Assembly (NCBI GenBank): GCA_028534125.1
Contig: CM052818.1
Coordinates: 28,150,001-28,214,000 of the forward strand
Direction: 5' to 3'
Origin: Lama glama
Taxonomy: Eukaryota
Length of the DNA: 64,000 nt
Below are positions 54,402 to 64,000 of the stretch, piece by piece. Below the pieces are notes generated by a model. The model worked only from the letters and a program-made list of their open reading frames with translations, was not told where the DNA came from and made no database searches. The stretch's first letter is position 1. Each line of letters opens with the position of its first letter. The translations under genes were made by a program, and so were the position numbers.

Positions 54402-54533
54402 AGAAGTGTGACCATATAATTTATCATTAAATAGGAGTAATTTGGGAATCAAACGTGGATGCTATTAATCATTACAGCAAGGCATCTGGTGTAAACCAAG
54501 ACCATTTAGGGCAAAGAGGTATGTGCGGCCCTC
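54402..54533. mobile_element. MER94-type hAT-Blackjack MITE
   Basis: gtgaccatataatttatc...gctattaatcattac...gtaaaccaagacc..gggcaaa..gtatg..ccct matches recalled MER94. Confidence 0.7.
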
Positions 54534-55772
54534 ATATAAACAAAATTACTGCTGAAATTTTACCTTGAAAGCACAGTACAAAGTGTTTCCTCATTGCTGT
54601 CTGTCATTCAGAACCTTGCAAATTGTTTCATTATCTAAAGTGCTGACTGTATGGTTTCTGCACGATCAGATCAGCCTTACACGATGAAATGGGAACTGGC
54701 TCAGTTCCCCAAATACATGCAGTCAAAAGATGCAGGTGATGGTCTCAACAGCAGAAAACCCGAACGATGTATAAGGCCAGGTAATCACCCACTCTATGTT
54801 ACCAAATCACATCAACCATTTTGACAGTGCGGTTTTATAGTGGTTCATTTAGTTGTCCAAATAAAGATTGATGCAGACAGCCAAAAATAAATTTCCCTAG
54901 TTTTGCTTACCAAAATACAAACAGTGCCAAAATTCATGAATGACTGCAGAGGCAATTAATCTGAATCACATACCAGATAGCTACAGTCAGAGCAGTTTCT
55001 CTGTGAGTGCACTGGGTTTAATTTAAAATGGCAAAGTAAGGGTAAATAAATCAATAGGTTGTTCTCCTGGATTTTTGTTGTGTGTGTAGAGTAGCTGAGT
55101 GTTAGGGTTGGCAGAAGTTCCCATTAAGCCAGCGAACATTCACCCAGCAGATGCTATGTGTCAGGCACTGTGCTAGACACTAAGGGCACTGCCCTTGGTG
55201 TGTGCTAAGAGAAAAAAAAAAAGCAGACATTTGTGATGCCTGCATATCATTTGGGTTGCTGGGACACACTTAGCAACTTCAGATTTTCCATATATAACAG
55301 ATACATAAGGTAGGGAAGGCATAGCGTTTTTCTTCTTTGTAAAAAGAAATGAATCATTTATGCCACACGTGGAAAATGGGGAATATTTGCTTGTCACCTA
55401 AATACTGAAAAGGAGCTTGCCTTCCTGGATTTCTTCCACCAGTTTATTCCCCCATGGGAATTCTGTGTTGTTGGAGAACACTCTGTCATCTTGACAGACT
55501 CCTCTGGCCACCATCCCATCTCACAGGTATTCCTGTCTGCTGGATAGATGATTTGTGTCCAGGAGTCAGCTTTCTCTTCTTCCTGAAGGCAGTCAGTGAC
55601 ACCTTCTTGAGAACTAATGAATTTAAGCTTGATATCTAACAGAATTTGGGGTAGCCAGACTATTGTACTGACTTCTCTGGTTGGCTCTATCCATGCAGAA
55701 TTCTGGTCATTATTTTGCTCCTCTGCCACATTATAAAATTGTCTCAGAGGCTTAGTGTCTCTGGTCAGTCTA

Positions 55773-56138
55773 TGTATTAGTTTCCTAGGCTGTAGTAACA
55801 AATGACCACAAGCAAGGTGACTTAAAACAACAGAAATTCATTCTCTCATAGTTCTGGAGGCTTGAAGCCTAAGATGGTGGCAGCAGGGCCATTCTCTCTT
55901 TGAGACTCTGGATATAACCCTTCCTTGCCTCTTCCCAGCTTCTGGTGGCCATCACCCTTGGCTTTCCTTGACTTGCAATTGCATCATTCTCGTCTCTTCC
56001 TCTGTTGTCATTTGACAGTTGCCTCTGTTTAATAAGGACACCAGTCATATTGGATTAGGAACCACCCTAATTGATTATGGTGTGGTGTAGAAGTGCAACA
56101 TTTGTTTGGGAGGGGGGGTCACAATTCAACCTATAACA
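55773..56138 (-). mobile_element. MaLR solo LTR (MLT1B/C-like)
   Basis: tgtattagtttcctaggctg..acaaatgaccac..cttaaaacaacagaaattcattctctcatagttctggagg...aattcaacctataaca; TSD gtcta/ttcta. Confidence 0.9.
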
Positions 56139-56849
56139 TTCTATGATATATGAAGCTGCTGGAATGCCAGCTTTCAGGGAAATTGCAGAATTAAAGAAAG
56201 CAAACTCTCAATTCACTGAAGTCTTTCCTGTATCTAAAGTAAAGTGAGTCTCTCTCCTCACTTACACCTGCGTCAGTCACTAAGGCCATGGCCATGGCCA
56301 TGAGTTATGTTCATCTATTTGCCTGTCTCCTGCTCCATGGGGAGAATTGTGGAGAGCAACATGACAAAGAAAACAAAGATGTGCTGTGGAGTGAGCACCA
56401 TTTTAAGTTCTAGTTTCCTCACTAAGCAGACTGTGAGGGATGCCGTCTAGTGATTCTAACACTGGCTGTCACTAGCCATCTGCCTGCTATCATCTCTCCT
56501 CAATACTTTTTTTTTTTGAGCAGAGATACTTGATTTACCAAACTGTCAAACTTTGTGCATGAGAAACAGAAGTGAAAATGTAAGCCTTTGGACAATATTA
56601 TCTTTCTCTGGTATGGATTTTGTTCTGACAGGCAGCTATAGTATGGTGACATTATATTCATACAGAGATTGAATTGATAGGGATAGGGGATCTGGTATAT
56701 TTCCAGCTTACAGTTTCTCCTAGAAGGTAGTCCTGTAGGAGTTCCAAATGAGATCCTGGGCTTTTCTTAGGGACATTCTTCTTCAACAGACTCTTGTCTT
56801 TACTTTTTGTCCCCTAAACCATGTAAACCCCTAGAAGCTCTTGCTGTTT

Positions 56850-59790
56850 TCCTTGTAATGATAAATATATTGATTTAAGAATGCTGAATAAAACTCACAT
56901 TCCTTGTATAAGCCACATTTGATAATGTATTATCTCTTTTATATATTGAAAGATTTATTAACTGATGTTTTGTTAGATTTGTGTCTATATGAGCAACATT
57001 GGCTTGTAGTTTTCTTGTACTTTTCTCTTTCTAGTTTTTCTATTAAAAGTAATGCAGGCCTCATAAAATGAGTTTGGAAGTGTTCCCATCACTTCTGTTG
57101 TTTCGAAAGAAATAATGTAGAAATGATATTTCTTCCTTAAATATTTGGTAAAATTCACCAGTAAAACTATCTGGGGCATAGTGTTTTATTATTATTTTTG
57201 GAATGCGTTTAAATACTAATTAAACATCTTTAATAGTTACTGCAGTGTTCAGTTTATCTATTCTTCCTTGGATGTGTTTTGATACTTAGTCTGTTTCAGT
57301 AAATTGGCCCATGATATCAAAGTTATCAAATATATGGACACACAGTTGTGCATAGCATTCTCTTATTAGCTTCTTAATTTCTGTGGGATCAGTGGTGACT
57401 ACTGTTTTATTTCTCATACTGATAATTATGTCATCTCTCTCTCATTTTTTTTTTTGGATTATCCTGGGTAGAGGTTTCTTGATTTTTATTTTTGTTTTTA
57501 AAAAACAAGATTTTTGTTTTACAGATTTTCTCCATTTTTTCCCTATTTTCAATTTCATTGATTTCTGCATTTATTTTTTATGATCTTCCTTCTATCTTTC
57601 AGTGTCTTAAGGTGGAAACTTAGGTTATTGATTTTATATCATTCCCCTTTTCTAATGTATACATTTAATGCTATAAATTTACCTCTCTAAGCACTGAGTA
57701 AGCAGCATTCCTCAAATTTTGATGTTACAATTTTAATTTCATTTAGTTATAAATAAATTTTATTGTCTCTTGTGTCATCTTAGTTTTATCTATGGATTAT
57801 TTATACCAAATAGTTGGGAATTTTTCAGCTATCTTTCTGTGATTTAATTTTAATTCTGTTATATGCTTTTAAATTTATTTTCTGTGATTTCTGTTCTTTA
57901 AATTTGTTAAGGTATGTTTTATGGCCCAGAACATGATCCATCTAGGTGAATTTTGCATGTGAGCATGAGAAGAATATGTATTTTACAGTTACTCAGAGTG
58001 CTCTATGTCAATTAGGTCAAGCTGATGGATAGTGCTGTTCAGATCATCTATATTTTTACTAATTTTCTGCCTGCTTGACCCATCAACTACTGAGATGGGG
58101 TATTGGAAGTCCCAACTATTTATGTGGATTTGTCTATTTTTATTTAATTTGCATCAGTCTTTGTCTTAGGTATTTTGACACTCTTGGTGTTTTATATATA
58201 TTTATACACACACACACACATTAAAAAAATACTGTCTTGACCCAGTTTTGAGGCTTGAGCTAGAGACCAGTCACCCCCTCTCCTTGAACATCCAACTAAG
58301 TCCACATTCTCAACCACCTCCCTTTTATTGGCCATCTGATTTTCACACTCTAGGTCACTGTGCACCTGCCCTGCTTGCCCCAGGGCCCCAGGGCAGTAAG
58401 ACAGCCAGGGACTGCCCCATGCCCTAGAGCTTGCTGAAATTAATCAGATTACTCGTTTCGTTCCTTCTGCTTCTCCTGACTTGCCCTCTTCTACAGAAAC
58501 CTGAGTGGCCCTGCATGTTGTACTGTGTTCTTCTCGGGGAACTGTAAATATAACAAACTGTAAAACTTTTCTCATTTTCCCTCTCTTGATCTATGTCTGA
58601 CCTCATCATACTTTACCCAAGGTAAGACAGTTAAAACAGTTGGTAGGTACATACATGTTTAGCATTTTTTGGAGAAGTGGCCCCTTTATCATTGTAAAAT
58701 GTCCCCTCTCATCCCTGATACTATTCTTTGGCCAGACGTTAGCTTTATGTGAAATTATAACTATTCCAAATTTCTTTTGATTAATGTTAGCATTTTATAT
58801 CTTATTGCATCTCTTTACAGTGAATCTGCTTTAAAAAATTTATCATCAACTTTATGCAGATAGAACTTAGATGTGTTTTTAATCCACTCTGTTAATCTCT
58901 CCCTTTTAACTATGTGTTTAAACTATTTACTTATAAAGTGATTTTAATATATTTGGATTATAACCTTGCTCTTTTCTTTTTGTTACATTTGTTCATTGAT
59001 TAATGTCCCCCTTTTCTGAACTTCTCTATTTTAATTGAGAATTCTTATGCTTCAATTTTATCTAATCTATTAAGCTATCATTTATACTTAAAAAATAGTG
59101 GTACCTAAAGACTGTGCAAAATAGATTATCAAATAATCTAAATCTATTTAAAATAGTACCATACTGCTCATGTATAGTACAGTCAACTTAGGACAAAATA
59201 TCTCACGTTTCTCCCTCTCATCCCTGTGACATTGTTGTAATTTATTTCACTTTTACATATACTCTAAATACTCAGTACTTTGTTATATTATTTCCTTAAA
59301 CACTCAGTTCTTTTTTAGATTAATTCAGAATAAGAAAAATAAAATATTTTACCTTTGCTAATTCCTTTTCTGACTCATTACTACAGTTTTCTTTGTGTTT
59401 CTCACACTTGGAGGTCACTGAATTTCTTGGATCTGTGGTTTTGATATTTTTCAGAAAATCTGAAAATTTCTCTACCATTATTTTTCAAAAAATGTTTTCT
59501 TGCTCATCTGTTTTATGGACTGTTTACATATACATATATGTGTATATGTATGTATTAGATGAAGTTTTTCACAGGTCATCGATATTATATTCATTTAATT
59601 TAATTTTTTTAGGTATTTTATGTTGCATATGTTCTATTGCCGTGTATTCAATTTTACTAACCTTTCTTTTGCAATATCTACTCTGCTGTTAATCTTATGC
59701 GTGGATTTTTCAGTTTACACATTGTGATACTCATCTGTTGAAATTACAATTGGATCTTTTTTTTTTCTCTGTGTCTCTTCATAGGTTTTA
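56850..59790 (-). mobile_element. Old L1 (L1M) ORF2 5' half and ORF1 remnant
   Basis: ORF 56985-57179 contains GTLPNSFYEACIT (ORF2 GILPNSFYEASI motif); endonuclease-region remnants at 57.9-58.9 kb; ORF1-like tgaatttcttggatctgtgg..aaaatttctctaccattatt at 59.4 kb. Confidence 0.85.
58188..58638 (+). mobile_element. Solo LTR (MER73/MER74-like, ERVL class) inserted in L1
   Basis: Inverted termini tgtttta...taaaaca, 5-bp TSD cttgg/gttgg, internal ccccatgccctagagcttgctgaaatt motif; L1 sequence resumes on either side. Confidence 0.8.
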
Positions 59791-59797
59791 CAATATA

Positions 59798-59957
59798 TGG
59801 AATCAAGGGGTAGAAATGTAGCAGTGATTCCACTGAACTGGGATTTGAGAAGCGTCTCTGGATACCTTGGTCTCTTCGTGCCAGTGAAGCAGCAGACAAA
59901 GAAAGAAGATGCTGTTCTGGCTGGGGTGAGTGATTCTGACTATGAAGAAGAAATCAG
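59798..59957 (+). mobile_element. ERV-L internal fragment encoding a decayed dUTPase segment
   Basis: 59827-59955 translates IPLNWDLRSVSGYLGLFVPVKQQTKKEDAVLAGVSDSDYEEEI, versus recalled ERV-L IPLNWKLRLPPGHFGLLMPLNQQAKKGVTVLAGVIDPDYQGEI (dUTPase motif III); preceded by ggaatcaaggggtagaaatg. Confidence 0.8.
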
Positions 59958-60955
59958 ATTTTTTATTGACGTATAGTCGGCTTGCAATGTTGTGTTAATT
60001 TCTAGTATAGAGAACAATGATTCAGTTTTTTATATATATATATATATTTTATATATATATATATATAAAATATATATATATATTCCTTTTTATATTCTTT
60101 TTCATTATAGGCTATTATAAGGTATCGAATATAGTTCCCTGTTCTATATAGTAGGACCTTCCTGTTGATTTATTTTATATATAGTAGTTAGTAATCTGCA
60201 AGTCCCAAACTCCCAATTTCTCTCTCTACCTCTCCTTTTCCCCCTGGTAACCACAATTTTGTTGTCCACGTCTGTGAGTCTGTTTCTGTTTCATAAATAA
60301 GTTCATTTGTCTCATTTCTTTTAGATTCCGCATCTAAGTGATATGATATGGTATTTTTCTTTCTTTTTCTGACTTAATTGACTTAGTAAGACAATCTCCA
60401 GGTCCATCCATGTTGCTGCAAATGGCACTATTTTATTCTTTTTTATGGCTGAGTAGTATTCCATTGTGTAAATACACTACAACTTATTTATCCAGTCCTC
60501 TGTTGACTGGCATTTACGTTGTTTCCATGTCTTAGCTATTGTAAATATTACTGCTATGAACACTGGGGTGCATGTATCTTTTTGAATTAGAGTTTCCTCT
60601 GGATATATGACCAGGAGTGGAACTGCTGATCATTAAGGAAAGGTGTTTTATTTCTATTGCATGGGTAGACTGCCCTAGGAAAACATTGCTAAGATTTATG
60701 CACAGAATGTTTTGCCTATGTTTTCTTCTAGGAGACTAATAGTGTCTTGTGTTATGTTTAAGTCTTTAAGCCACTTTTTTCTTTTTAATATATATTTTTA
60801 TTGAAATATAGTCAGTTTACAATGTGTCAATTTCTGGTGTAAAGCACAATGCTTCACAATATAAGCCACTTTGAGTTTATTTTTCTATATGGTGTCAGGG
60901 AGTGTTCTAACCTCACTGATTTACATGCAGCTATCCAACTTTCCAAAGACCACTT
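59958..60955 (-). mobile_element. Lineage-specific L1 3' end (59958-60630) joined to a more internal ORF2 segment (about 60660-60955)
   Basis: Same 3'UTR type as the 1.1 and 1.7 kb copies; then gaatgttttgcctatgttttcttctagg..aagtcttta..ttgagtttatttt..tggtg (reverse ORF2). Confidence 0.9.
60778..60861 (-). mobile_element. 84-bp 5'-truncated L1 tail nested in L1
   Basis: T-rich tail plus ttgaaatatagtcagtttacaatgtgtcaatttctggtgt; perfect TSD taagccacttt at 60767-60777 and 60862-60872. Confidence 0.85.
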
Positions 60956-61466
60956 ACAGCCAAAACCTGGTGACAGACCCCTGAACCTCTTCTTATAGCA
61001 GATACTTCAGAAAGTTTGCCATTATAAATCCTTTCTCTAACCCTTTGAGATGTAAATCTTCTACCTTCAAGAACTGTCTCTTCAAAAACCAAAGAGCTGT
61101 TTCTGTGAAATACAAATGTTTAGGGAGATAACTCTCACAACACTCCCTGTCTCTGGAAAGGTAAGGACTTAAGTGTGTTGGGCACCACAGTCCAACTTGC
61201 ACCGCTGCCTCCTGTCATAAACATAGGAGAAGTTTGTTTCTCCTCCAAATAAGGACCAATTAGTAAATACACATGGTCTAGTCACATGGACCAAGCCTCC
61301 CTTTGTACCCTTCAGTGCCCTTCCCCTAGCACATCTCAGCCTTTAAAAATTCTCTTGCCTTTGTGTCTATAAAGCTGAATTCAGTTCATGCTGGACTCTC
61401 TTCCCTGTTTCAATAGCAATTACCATCATTATCACTGTGACTAGTTTCTGACTTTATCTTCAACAA
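60956..61466 (+). mobile_element. MER34-like ERV1 LTR (5' part missing)
   Basis: ctttgagatgtaaatctt..gggagataactc..ccctagcac..cctttaaaaa..ttcagttcatgctggactctcttccct..actag..ctgactttatcttcaaca. Confidence 0.75.
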
Positions 61467-61670
61467 TATTTAATATCAAAAGGGTAATGTGAACCAATCA
61501 GGAGAAGTAGAGACTGTCTTGTGGGGAAAGATTTAGCATGTTTTTGGTTGTATGTGGAATAGCTATATCAAGTTAAACAGTAAATAAAATGGTGCTTTGT
61601 CTTCATTTTGGAATTAAGTATGATTTTAAAAAAGGGTTTTGGATGTTGATAAGGGATGGACTGATATTGG
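61467..61670 (+). mobile_element. ERV-L internal 3' end with polypurine tract
   Basis: tggggaaagatttagcatgtttttggttgtatgtggaatagctatatc...tttgtcttcattttggaattaagtatg...gttgataagggatggac|tg resembles the recalled ERV-L 3' end (gttgacaaggggtggact|tg). Confidence 0.7.
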
Positions 61671-61979
61671 TACTATTAACAAATATATAAAATATAAGCT
61701 AACAATTTATAAACAGTTTATTCATGGAAAACAACATTCTATGTGAAGTACATAGATATCACAGATAAAAATGCACTTAGGGATTTGATGTCTGATTTGG
61801 ATTTAGGAAGATAGAAAGATCTAGAGAGAGACCCCTTCTCAGAAGAGAAAATGGACTGAGCAATATGACATTACTGGAACAATATGTAAGACTTCAATAT
61901 GATTCTTGCTGCCTTACAAAATGGAACTTTCTGAAGTGCGTGATGATACAGTTCACCTGTATGATACAGAAGACAGATT

Positions 61980-62095
61980 CTAGAGCTTCCTTCCCACTCC
62001 CCTGACACTGATTCAGAATCTCTAGGGGGAGGGACCTGAGGATCTATTTATCAAGCATTTACATCTCAGGGTCAGGCAGGTTGGGGACCTACTAC
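61980..62095. mobile_element. MER5-like hAT-Charlie fragment
   Basis: cactgattcagaatctctagggggagggacctgaggatctattt. Confidence 0.55.
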
Positions 62096-63361
62096 ACTAA
62101 AGAATGATGTTGTATATTGATATATCTTTCCAACTGATATGAAGACATTTCTTTGTGGAAAAGCTGCTTAAATTTTTTCCTTAGTGTTTGAGATAAATTC
62201 ATTTGCTGATATCTCCCCAATTCTATAATGAACATTCTCTAAACTGGATTAATTACTTAATCCTTTGTCATTAGTTATTTGGGGATTGACTGAGATTCTT
62301 CATCAGTGTTAGTCTCATAAAATATTAGAGCATGAGTCCAGGAAATTAAACCCACATGAAAAAAACTCCTTTTCAAAACTTCGTATTTCCAACTTCATCA
62401 TTTTATTTTCTTTCCTCAAATGTAGCTTTAATTTTTTTGTTTCTAATTTTTGTCTTTCACCCCACCATCATACAAGTTCTACAAAATTCTCATGCTATAA
62501 ACTTTCTCACCGTCTTGGGAAACTTATTTAGCTTATTCCATGACCTTGTTTGAACCATTTGAAAAGTACTTAAAATTCTCATGAAAAGAGGATCTTTATT
62601 TCCCTACCAAAATAAACAGGTAAATTGAATGCTTCCAGATACCTCATATTAAAACAGAGAAACTGAAAACAAGCACTTACTTAAATTCTCTTGGATATAA
62701 ATATTGTAATAAATTGGACTATTTCTTGCTTTTTTGTGTGACATAGTATTCTGTTTAAATGTAATTGTTAATAAATTTTAAAGCACTTAATTAGGGAGAG
62801 GGTAGCAGCCAAAATTTTGCTTTTGTTGATTTTTTTTCTTTGCTTAAACTTCTTGGCTTGCTTTCAAAGTCCATTCTCTTACTAAAAAATCATAATTTTA
62901 ACTTTTCTTCACATCTACTAATTCCTAAGTTTTATAACTTCTGTTTACACACTAAGCTGTCCAAGTTACATACCTAGGACTTCTCATTCTTTACTGTTAC
63001 TCTCTAAAAATTTTATTTTGATACCATCCTTTTTTCACTAGAAAAGTTGAATGTAAAATATGGGCACCATATATTTTACAAATTTGAATAGTAGAAAGCT
63101 TTCAAATTCTAACTCATTTTTTATTTCAAAACACAGTCATTCTTACCAAATACATATTCTGTAGAATTAGGTTTAATCAATTTCCTTGTTCTTTTTTGAC
63201 AGTCTATAAAAGTTGTTATGTTGAGCTCCAATTCTCTTTCAGAATTGCTTTTTTTTTTTTAACCACTTATTGTGGTATGGTTCCTGTACAGTAAACAACA
63301 CATACTTCAGATGTACAATTGGATGAATCTTTTTTTTTAATTTATGATAAGTTGAGGTAAT

Positions 63362-64000
63362 TATTTTTTATAAATTTTTTATTGAGTTATACTCAGTTTA
63401 CAAGGTTGTGTCAATTTCCACTGTAGAGCACAGTTTTTCAGTTATACATGAACATACATTTATTCATTGTCACATTCTTTTTCGCTGTGAGCTACCACAA
63501 GATCTTGTATGTATTTCCCTATGCTATACAGTATAATCTTGTTTATCTATTCTACATATGCCTGTCATTATCTACAAATTTCAAACTCCCAGTCTGTCCC
63601 TTCCCAACTCCTCCCCCTTGGCAACCACAAGTTTGGATTCTATGTCTATGATGTCTGTGAGTCTGTTTCTGTTTTGTATTTATGTTCTTTTTCTTTTAGA
63701 GTCCACATATGAGTGATCTCATATGGTATTTTTCTTTCTTTCTGGCTTACTTCACTTAGAATGACATTCTCCAGGGACATCCATGTTGCTGCAAATGGCG
63801 TTATGTTGTCAGTTCTGATGGCTGAATAGTATTCCATTGTATAAATATACCACTTCTTCTTTATCCAGTCATCTGTTGATGGACATTTAGGCCATTTCCA
63901 TGTCTTGGTTATTGTAAATAGTGCTGCTATGAACATTGGGGTGCAGGTATCATCCATAAGTAGGGTTCCTTCTGGATATGTGCCCAGGAGTGGGATTACT
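63362..64000 (-). mobile_element. Young L1 3' end (3'UTR plus ORF2 C-terminus), runs off the window
   Basis: ORF 63646-63957: DTCTPMFIAALFTITKTWKWPKCPSTDDWIKKKWYIYTMEYYSAI..FAATWMSLENVILSEVSQ; preceded by a T-rich tail; adjoins an older L1 3' tip at about 63250-63330. Confidence 0.95.

Noticed and set aside
55394..55801. 135-aa minus-strand ORF
   Set aside because: Starts inside an MLT1 LTR and has no recognisable domain
1100..64000. Minus-strand excess of L1s and retrocopies as a sign of a plus-strand host gene
   Set aside because: Several plus-strand L1s exist, numbers are small, gaps make orientation uncertain and no host exon was identified
1..64000. A novel multi-gene biological system
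   Set aside because: All protein-like signals are explained by retrocopies or transposon relics

Overview
AT-rich, repeat-dense mammalian genomic DNA (intergenic or deep intronic), most likely from a camelid, since it carries a vic-1-type tRNA-derived SINE. No prokaryotic genes, CRISPR arrays or RNA genes, and no exon of a recognisable functional host gene. The protein-like content is two minus-strand retrocopies: a near full-length PPDPF copy whose ORF stays open and, via a 1-nt frameshift, reads through into the former 3'UTR, and a decayed PPP1R14B (PHI-1) copy. The rest is young and old L1 fragments, L2/MIR, MaLR/ERV LTRs, an ERV-L internal remnant with a dUTPase motif, hAT MITEs, microsatellites and two 500-N assembly gaps. 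I found no convincing new biological system. The best leads are the open PPDPF retro-ORF, an unexplained CpG-retaining terminal-exon-like segment at about 13.0-13.5 kb, a candidate L1 3' transduction and a layered nest of insertions at 57-62 kb. Repeat family names come from recalled consensus sequences, and boundaries without TSDs are approximate.
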